This document shows positions 59,003-64,000 of a stretch of 64,000 bases of DNA, in pieces. Within the stretch, counting starts at the first letter, position 1. Each line of letters starts with the position of its first letter. The notes under the pieces were generated by a model. The model was not told where the DNA came from. It searched no databases and was given only the letters and a program-made list of their open reading frames with translations. The stretch is from a virus (lineage: Duplodnaviria > Caudoviricetes). The stretch lies in the IMG/VR virus record IMGVR_UViG_3300028805_000046, positions 120,672 through 184,671 of that record. One strand, 5' to 3'. The translations under genes and the position numbers were made by a program.

Positions 59003-59042
59003 CATAATCCGTGGGTTGAAGGTTCGAGTCCTTCCTGGGGCA
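59003..59042 (+). tRNA. 3' half (positions 34-73) of the interrupted tRNA (CAT if joined after U33)
   Basis: CAT AA TCCGT GGGTT GAAGG TTCGAGT CCTTC CTGGGGC A followed by CTA. Confidence 0.88.
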
Positions 59043-59197
59043 CTAACGGCTTACAATAGAAACTATCAAAAAGGTCTTCAGGATAAGACGCTGTCAATCG
59101 TGGCAGAAAAATCAGTTCGAGTCTGGTTGAGATAGGGACAACGATAGGCAAGTCCTAGAACAGACTTTTCTAGAGGGTTTAAGTACAGGGCGAATAA

Positions 59198-59272
59198 CGG
59201 GCTGTAGCTCAGTCTGGCTAGAGCGCTTGATTTGGGATCAAGAGGTCGTCGGTTCGAATCCGACTAGCCCGA
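59198..59272 (+). tRNA. tRNA-Pro(TGG)
   Basis: CTTGA-TTTGGGA-TCAAG. Confidence 0.9.
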
Positions 59273-59455
59273 TACTGTTCAAAAATAGCAGTAATCTGAA
59301 AACGATTGATTTTGGCTTGATGCGCAGAGCAGGAATTGGTTGCAAGTATGGTTACGGCACAGGCGAGCACTTCAGTGGATTGTTTCAATACGATTTGGTG
59401 AAGAACAGCGAATGGTGCAGGTTGCGGGGTCGCTGCACTGAGAACAGTTTCTTAT

Positions 59456-59542
59456 GGGTGGCCGCTGACGGCTGGTGAGTCAGGGCGGACTGTAACTCCG
59501 CCGCCCTAACGGGCTTTGGGGGTCCGAATCCCTCGCCACCCA
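59456..59542 (+). tRNA. tRNA-Tyr(GTA)
   Basis: GCGGA-CTGTAAC-TCCGC; long variable arm. Confidence 0.85.
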
Positions 59543-59680
59543 CTAATGGTCAATGACTGTCCAATGACGGTAGTTGGACCGGACGCTAAAACGGACGGAC
59601 ACGGTGGTTCAAGTCCACCCGGGAATTGACAAGTCCACGAAAAGCTAACTGCAGGTAGTTGAGTAAGGGGCGAAACTTAT

Positions 59681-59753
59681 GGGCTTTTAGTTCAGTTGGA
59701 AGAACGCCTGATTTGCACTCAGGAGGTCAAGGGTTCGAGTCCCTTATTGTCCA
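59681..59753 (+). tRNA. tRNA-Ala(TGC)
   Basis: CCTGA-TTTGCAC-TCAGG; G3:U70. Confidence 0.88.
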
Positions 59754-59762
59754 CTATTACAT

Positions 59763-59835
59763 TGGGTTGTAGTTCTAATGGCAGAACGGGTGGCTGTTAA
59801 CCACTATGTTGGGGGTTCGAGTCCCTCCTTCCCAG
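59763..59835 (+). tRNA. tRNA-Asn(GTT)
   Basis: GGTGG-CTGTTAA-CCACT. Confidence 0.88.
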
Positions 59836-59849
59836 CTAACGCTTTTTAT

Positions 59850-59921
59850 TGCGGGGTAGAGCAGTGGTAGCTCGCCAGGCCCATAACCTGGAAGTCGTCG
59901 GTTCGATCCCGACCCCCGCTA
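59850..59921 (+). tRNA. tRNA-fMet(CAT)
   Basis: Unpaired 1:72, GCGGGG 5' end, CCAGG-CCCATAA-CCTGG. Confidence 0.85.
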
Positions 59922-59925
59922 CTAT

Positions 59926-59999
59926 GGCGCTGTCGAATAACTGGTTCAGTTCGTCGGCCTTTCAAGTCGGAAATTCGGGTTCGAGTCCCGACAGCGCTA
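59926..59999 (+). tRNA. tRNA-Glu(TTC)
   Basis: TCGGC-CTTTCAA-GTCGG. Confidence 0.85.
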
Positions 60000-60009
60000 C
60001 TAACATTTT

Positions 60010-60080
60010 GGTCTCATCGTTTAATGGATGGATACCGGCTTGTCACGCCGGAGGTACGGGATCGTGACCCGTTGAGACCG
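60010..60080 (+). tRNA. tRNA-Asp(GTC)
   Basis: CCGGC-TTGTCAC-GCCGG. Confidence 0.85.
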
Positions 60081-60230
60081 CTTCAAAAACGGAACTCTGT
60101 GAGTGTTTAGCATTTTCTGCACAGAGAAGATGGAGATTCTAACGTCCAATGCTTGTATAAGTTAGATTTCATACATCAGTGAAGTTTGGATGAGTTCATG
60201 ACTTATCTACGCCCGTTCTTCACCTTTTAT

Positions 60231-60303
60231 GGGCTCGTGGCGCAACTGGTAGCGCAACTGCTTTGCAAGCAGAAGGTTAAGGGTTCGAGTCCCTTCCCGT
60301 CCA
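60231..60303 (+). tRNA. tRNA-Ala(TGC)
   Basis: CTGC-TTTGCAA-GCAG; G3:U70. Confidence 0.85.
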
Positions 60304-60366
60304 CGAAATACTGATATGCAACAGAGAACTGAAACAAACGAACTTGAGTATATCAGCAGTGCTTAT

Positions 60367-60441
60367 TCCCGGGTAGCTCAGTTGGTTTAGAGCCGCTGTT
60401 TTACACACAGAAGGTCGGGGGTTCGAATCCCTCCTCGGGAA
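60367..60441 (+). tRNA. tRNA-Val(TAC)
   Basis: CTGT-TTTACAC-ACAG. Confidence 0.85.
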
Positions 60442-60645
60442 CTAATCCAGTGAGAGTCCTTGGCTTACTGGGAGCGTGCCGTCGCGAGAGGACCACGTTA
60501 AATACGACTTCTCCATTCTACGCTTCTTGATGAAAAGAAACGAGGTTGGTAACATCTTCCCTTGGTTGGCCGCCGTTGAAAAGATGGTAACAGTGACAGC
60601 GATATAACTGTTTTTAACTGGACTTAAGGGGTCTTCGCTCTTTTT

Positions 60646-60719
60646 CCGCAGCTATAGCAATTGGTTAGATAGCCACTCTGATAAGGTGGAGGTTCCTGGT
60701 TCGAGTCCAGGGTTGCGGA
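60646..60719 (+). tRNA. tRNA-Ile(GAT)
   Basis: CCACT-CTGATAA-GGTGG. Confidence 0.85.
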
Positions 60720-60728
60720 CTAAATTTT

Positions 60729-60802
60729 CCGCAGGCATAACGATTGGTTCGTTTGTCAGTCTGATATACTGGAGGTTGTAGGTTCAAATCCTACCCTGCG
60801 GA
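60729..60802 (+). tRNA. tRNA-Ile(GAT)
   Basis: TCAGT-CTGATAT-ACTGG. Confidence 0.8.
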
Positions 60803-60805
60803 CTA

Positions 60806-60866
60806 AAGATACATGCAGCAACTTTAACCCAATTCAATTTTTAATCTTGAATCCAAATGTATCTTG
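60806..60866 (+). ncRNA. AAGATAC/CAGCA/GTATCTTG element, copy 1
   Basis: AAGATACAT-GCAGCAA...ATGTATCTTG. Confidence 0.6.
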
Positions 60867-60871
60867 CTTTT

Positions 60872-60944
60872 GCCTCTCTAGCAAAGATGGTCTATGCAAC
60901 GGACTGAAAATCCGAGGATTCCCGATCGTTACGGGAGGGAGGCA
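60872..60944 (+). tRNA. tRNA-Phe(GAA)
   Basis: CGGA-CTGAAAA-TCCG. Confidence 0.85.
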
Positions 60945-60951
60945 CTAATTT

Positions 60952-61035
60952 GGCCTAGTGGGGGAATTGGTAGACCCGCCTGACTTAGGATCAGATGCCC
61001 GCAAGGGCGTGGGGGTTCGAGTCCCTCTTAGGTCA
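60952..61035 (+). tRNA. tRNA-Leu(TAG)
   Basis: CTGA-CTTAGGA-TCAG; long variable arm. Confidence 0.88.
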
Positions 61036-61046
61036 CTAAAACATTT

Positions 61047-61129
61047 CGCTCGGTGGTGGAATTGGTAGACACGCGGGTCTAAGAAGCCCGTGCCGAAAGG
61101 CGTGAGGGGTTCGAGTCCCTCCTGAGCGA
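61047..61129 (+). tRNA. tRNA-Leu(AAG)
   Basis: CGGGT-CTAAGAA-GCCCG; A34; long variable arm. Confidence 0.85.
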
Positions 61130-61135
61130 CTATTT

Positions 61136-61208
61136 GCTCTCGTAGGCTAACTGGATAGACCATCGGACTACGAATCCGATAATGCAGGTTCGAGTCCTGC
61201 CGAGAGCA
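61136..61208 (+). tRNA. tRNA-Arg(ACG)
   Basis: TCGGA-CTACGAA-TCCGA. Confidence 0.9.
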
Positions 61209-61212
61209 CGAA

Positions 61213-61329
61213 ATTCTGGTGAGCCGATTAACTCCGGCTAAATCTGGTGGAAGTCCAGCGTAAACCAAAAACTCCTTCTCAGGAGAACGGTGAGAATAAG
61301 TTGAAGTTTAGGGATCTCACAGCCAGAAT
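61213..61329 (+). ncRNA. Unknown stem-closed RNA
   Basis: ATTCTGG-TGAG / CTCA..CCAGAAT terminal stem with internal hairpins. Confidence 0.4.
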
Positions 61330-61340
61330 AAATAAACTAT

Positions 61341-61424
61341 GCTGAGGTGAATCCGAGCGGCAAAGGACACAGTCTGCAAAACTGTGGTGGAAACACTTCG
61401 TGGGTTCGAGTCCCTCTCTCAGCT
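61341..61424 (+). tRNA. tRNA-Cys(GCA) with long variable arm
   Basis: ACAGT-CTGCAAA-ACTGT; U73; GGTG-GAAA-CACT variable arm. Confidence 0.8.
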
Positions 61425-61437
61425 CTAGAATTTTTTT

Positions 61438-61528
61438 GGAGATGTGCCAGAGCACGGCTTATCGGACTGGTCTTGAAAACCATGGGCGGTAACCATTCCG
61501 CACGGGGGTTCGAATCCCTCCATCTCCT
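61438..61528 (+). tRNA. tRNA-Ser(TGA)
   Basis: TGGT-CTTGAAA-ACCA; long variable arm. Confidence 0.85.
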
Positions 61529-61532
61529 CTAA

Positions 61533-61605
61533 GTCCCATTGATGCAATTGGTAGCATATCTCCTTGCCATGGAGAAAGTTGTCGGTTCGAGTCCGACATG
61601 GGGCT
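61533..61605 (+). tRNA. tRNA-Gly(GCC)
   Basis: TCTCC-TTGCCAT-GGAGA; U73. Confidence 0.88.
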
Positions 61606-61614
61606 CTAACATTT

Positions 61615-61686
61615 GCCCTATTGGTGTAGTGGTTAACATTTCTGCCTTCCAAGCAGGTGTCCCCGGTTCGAGTCCGGGATAGGGCT
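61615..61686 (+). tRNA. tRNA-Gly(TCC)
   Basis: TCTGC-CTTCCAA-GCAGG; U73. Confidence 0.88.
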
Positions 61687-61689
61687 CTA

Positions 61690-61796
61690 AAGATGCAAAC
61701 AGCAGATCTGAACGCTGGAGTAGCTCAATAGGCTAGAGCACGGGATTTCCCGAGATGCTGGTTCGAGACCGGCCGTCAGTCCAATGGAGCATCTTG
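61690..61796 (+). ncRNA. AAGATGC/CAGCA/GCATCTTG element, copy 2, enclosing an anticodon-less tRNA mimic
   Basis: Compensatory change in the terminal stem; internal D arm, 4-nt-loop anticodon-like arm and T arm. Confidence 0.65.
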
Positions 61797-61805
61797 AATT
61801 TTTAT

Positions 61806-61875
61806 TGCGAGGAGAATAAGTATTCCAGCCGGTCTCATAAGCCGGCCTCCGTGGGGGCGGTACCCACCTTCGCAA
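61806..61875 (+). tRNA. Atypical tRNA-Met/Ile2(CAT)
   Basis: CCGGT-CTCATAA-GCCGG; tiny D arm; T loop GGCGGTA. Confidence 0.7.
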
Positions 61876-61884
61876 CTATACATC

Positions 61885-61959
61885 CCCGCAGTGGTGTTAA
61901 TTGGTAAAGCACGCATGCTTGTGGCGCATGAGGTCCGGGTTCAAATCTCGGCTATGGGA
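61885..61959 (+). tRNA. tRNA-His(GTG)
   Basis: CATGC-TTGTGGC-GCATG; A73 and no encoded G-1. Confidence 0.82.
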
Positions 61960-61963
61960 CTAT

Positions 61964-62190
61964 AAGATACTTACAGCAAAATAAAACGCTTACTAACGAT
62001 GACACAATCAAAATGTGGAATTAGGGTAGGGTAATTGCCGGCGGTAGTAATATCGTTGCCTGCTCCCACGGCCTGTTCGTACAAGTGACGGAATATGTCA
62101 GTAGAAACTGAATGAACTTGCAGCAAGCTGTTGCCTACCAGGAGAGATATGGTGAGAGCACAGCGGCGACTCAACCGCGACAGTATCTTG
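61964..62190 (+). ncRNA. AAGATAC/CAGCA/GTATCTTG element, copy 3 (long insert)
   Basis: AAGATACT-TACAGCAA...AGTATCTTG. Confidence 0.6.
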
Positions 62191-62195
62191 TTTAT

Positions 62196-62266
62196 TGCCC
62201 GTTGGTGTAATGGTAACACGCATGACTCTGACTCATGAATTGGTGGTTCAAGTCCATCACGGGCAA
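62196..62266 (+). tRNA. tRNA-Gln(CTG)
   Basis: CATGA-CTCTGAC-TCATG. Confidence 0.9.
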
Positions 62267-62277
62267 CTAATTTATCT

Positions 62278-62349
62278 AGGGATATAGTTCAATGGCCAGA
62301 ATGGCGGTCTCCAAAACCGTGGATCTTGGTTCGAGTCCAGGTGTCCCTG
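62278..62349 (+). tRNA. tRNA-Trp(CCA)
   Basis: GCGGT-CTCCAAA-ACCGT; G73. Confidence 0.9.
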
Positions 62350-62353
62350 CTAC

Positions 62354-62566
62354 AAAATAATTCGTTACTTCACTGGACATATTGGCCTGCCAGGAATTGA
62401 AGTTCTTATTTGAGTCGTTAGCTTGCTAATGCGCATTTAAAGCGGCGATACTTGAGTGAGGTGATATAACGATACGCAATCCTATGTAAGAAGGGCCGGA
62501 AAGTCACCCGGGACACAGAGGAACATAGCATGAAACAATCTGTGCTAACTTGTAATGAATTATTTT
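62354..62566 (+). ncRNA. Unknown stem-closed RNA of about 210 nt
   Basis: 15-bp terminal stem AAAATAATTCGTTAC/GTAATGAATTATTTT. Confidence 0.5.
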
Positions 62567-62573
62567 TATTTTT

Positions 62574-62657
62574 GGCCAAGTGGCGGAATTGGTAGACGCC
62601 GGGGTCTCAAACACCCCTGCCCGCAAGGGCGTGAAGGTTCAAGTCCTTCCTTGGCTA
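62574..62657 (+). tRNA. tRNA-Leu(CAA)
   Basis: GGGGT-CTCAAAC-ACCCC; long variable arm. Confidence 0.88.
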
Positions 62658-62662
62658 CTTTA

Positions 62663-62765
62663 AAGATACTAACAGCAAGAATATTTCTTATTCCGCCTTG
62701 GGAACAATAGCTTAAGTATAGAGCGCCGGCAGCACATGCCGGAGGTGAAACAAAATGGTATCTTG
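62663..62765 (+). ncRNA. AAGATAC/CAGCA/GTATCTTG element, copy 4, with partial tRNA-like arms
   Basis: AAGATACT-AACAGCAA...GGTATCTTG; internal GCTT-AAGTATA-GAGC and CCGGC-N7-GCCGG. Confidence 0.6.
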
Positions 62766-62770
62766 CTTTT

Positions 62771-62855
62771 TGCGGGTTGGGTGAGTGGTCTAAACCAGTT
62801 CGGTGCTAACGAACCGCTCAGTAATGGGCCGCGGGTTCGAATCCTGCACCCGCAG
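62771..62855 (+). tRNA. tRNA-Ser(GCT)
   Basis: GTTCG-GTGCTAA-CGAAC; long variable arm; G73. Confidence 0.85.
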
Positions 62856-62910
62856 TAATACAGGACAACTGGTTCCCGCCAGCTGATGCTTTCTCCAAAG
62901 CATCTAACTG

Positions 62911-62918
62911 TATAAATA
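62911..62918 (+). promoter_or_regulatory. Late promoter TATAAATA
   Basis: Exact consensus upstream of endonuclease 3. Confidence 0.7.
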
Positions 62919-62962
62919 AAATGGTTACGGGAATAACCATAAAAAGCTAAAAAGGAGAAAAG

Positions 62963-63592
62963 ATGAAAATACATTTTAAATGGCCGTGTCCTTATTGTAC
63001 TGATGTTTTTGATTCTAAAGGACTAAAATATAAACATTTACATGAAGTTCATAAAATTAAATGTGGACAACAGCCAAAACGTTCATTAACATGTAAATTT
63101 TGTGGACATACGGTAATTACTACATTGTGCGGTATGCGTTTACATGAACGCAGATGTAAGAAAAATCCTAATCCTGCACCTTATAATGGTCACTCAGTTT
63201 CTGCTGAACAAAAACAAATTTTACGTGAACGCGCTTTAGAAGGATATAGATCAGGCAGATGGCATGGATGGATGAACTGCCATTCGAGCAAGAAAAGCTA
63301 TCCGGAAGAATTCTTCACAAAAGTAATAGAAAATGAGTTTAATGATAAAGATTATGAATACAATTATCAGTTCTTTCAATATAGATTAGATTTTGCTTGG
63401 GTTAAAAAGAAACGTTGCATAGAAATTGACGGTGCTCAACATCAACGAAATGAACAACAAGCTGAATCAGATCTCAGGAAAGATTCAAAACTTATTGAAA
63501 ATGGTTGGCAAGTTTTAAGAATAAAATGGAAAGAAATGTATGCAGAGCCAAAAAGATGGATTTCTATAGCTAGTAATTTCATCGGAGAATAA
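62963..63592 (+). CDS. Zn-finger/DUF559 putative homing endonuclease 3
   Basis: CPYC..H...H, CKFC..HERRC; SYPE; LDFAW..IEIDGAQH..D..KD..L..GW..LRI.W. Confidence 0.82.
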   Translation: MKIHFKWPCPYCTDVFDSKGLKYKHLHEVHKIKCGQQPKRSLTCKFCGHTVITTLCGMRLHERRCKKNPNPAPYNGHSVSAEQKQILRERALEGYRSGRWHGWMNCHSSKKSYPEEFFTKVIENEFNDKDYEYNYQFFQYRLDFAWVKKKRCIEIDGAQHQRNEQQAESDLRKDSKLIENGWQVLRIKWKEMYAEPKRWISIASNFIGE

Positions 63593-63615
63593 AGGTTCGA
63601 GTCCTGCACTCTCCG
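63584..63615 (+). pseudogene. tRNA 3' remnant (T arm plus acceptor strand, Ser-like)
   Basis: AGG-TTCGAGT-CCTGC-ACTCTCC-G immediately after the endonuclease stop codon. Confidence 0.6.
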
Positions 63616-63738
63616 CTCAGATCAAATTTTACCTATTTTTGTCATAAAATGACAATATGCCCAAATTGATGAAATTTGGGCGTTTTTCGTATGTAAACTT
63701 TGTTTTACATAATTTTTCATATTTTTATGATTTTTTAG

Positions 63739-63775
63739 TTGACGGACTCCAAGAAAGTTGTTATATTATCTACGT
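63739..63775 (+). promoter_or_regulatory. Early promoter, copy 8
   Basis: TTGACG-N17-TATATT..CTACGT. Confidence 0.8.
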
Positions 63776-63813
63776 TGGAAATTGATGGTAACAGTTTAAC
63801 AAGAGTTTGAATC

Positions 63814-64000
63814 ATGGCTAAGTCTAACTATATGATTGACACTTATCTGAACAAAGAAGTTCAAATTTATCCGGGCGATACATACTCCAAGTTTGGCATC
63901 GTCAAGGACATCAACGAGAACGGGGTTGTGTTTGAGATCACTCGTTCTAATACAAGCCTATACAAAGTCGGCGACATCGTATTCATTTCCTACAGCAACA
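63814..64000 (+). CDS. Early hypothetical protein, 3'-truncated by the window edge
   Basis: MAKSNYMIDTYLNKEVQIYPGDTYSKFG... is open to the window end. Confidence 0.6.
   Translation, partial: MAKSNYMIDTYLNKEVQIYPGDTYSKFGIVKDINENGVVFEITRSNTSLYKVGDIVFISYSN

Noticed and set aside
62885-62904. Extra tRNA-Trp fragment (CTCCAAA loop)
   Set aside because: There is no T arm or acceptor stem; treated as a leader hairpin.
54411-62974. Short ORFs in the ORF track overlapping the tRNA array, including the 58237 start
   Set aside because: They overlap clear tRNA or ncRNA genes; the endonuclease start is better placed at 58279.
45068-63775. CRISPR array
   Set aside because: The repeats are dispersed promoter motifs or tRNA T arms and are not regularly spaced.
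1-64000. Stop-codon reassignment or suppressor tRNA
   Set aside because: Core genes are full length in the standard code, all three stop codons end genes, and no CTA, TTA or TCA anticodon was found.

Overview
This window is 64 kb of a large T4-like (Tevenvirinae/Straboviridae-style) myophage genome in three blocks. (1) 1-44.4 kb is a rearranged late/structural module. It has gp25, RegA, gp16, gp20 portal, gp19, gp22, gp23, two gp26-like genes, gp6, gp3, gp48/54-like genes, gp55, gp5, an M15 endolysin and T4-type TATAAATA late promoters. It ends in only the C-terminal half of the terminase gp17, fused behind an atypically split intein C-fragment. (2) 45-54 kb is an early region with a repeated promoter cassette and a MoxR AAA+/vWA pair. 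(3) 54.5-63.6 kb is an array of about 35 tRNA and tRNA-like genes interleaved with unknown stem-closed ncRNAs and three Zn-finger/NUMOD3/DUF559 endonuclease genes. The most striking item is a perfect tRNA split in its anticodon loop by a 739-bp insert made of a late promoter, an endonuclease gene and a complete nested tRNA-Lys, with no room for a ribozyme core. Other items: a four-copy AAGATAC..CAGCA..GTATCTTG RNA family, some copies enclosing anticodon-less tRNA mimics; D-armless tRNAs; A34 tRNAs; and an array-wide CTA (not CCA) trailer. All assignments come from motif recognition by eye; no searches were run.
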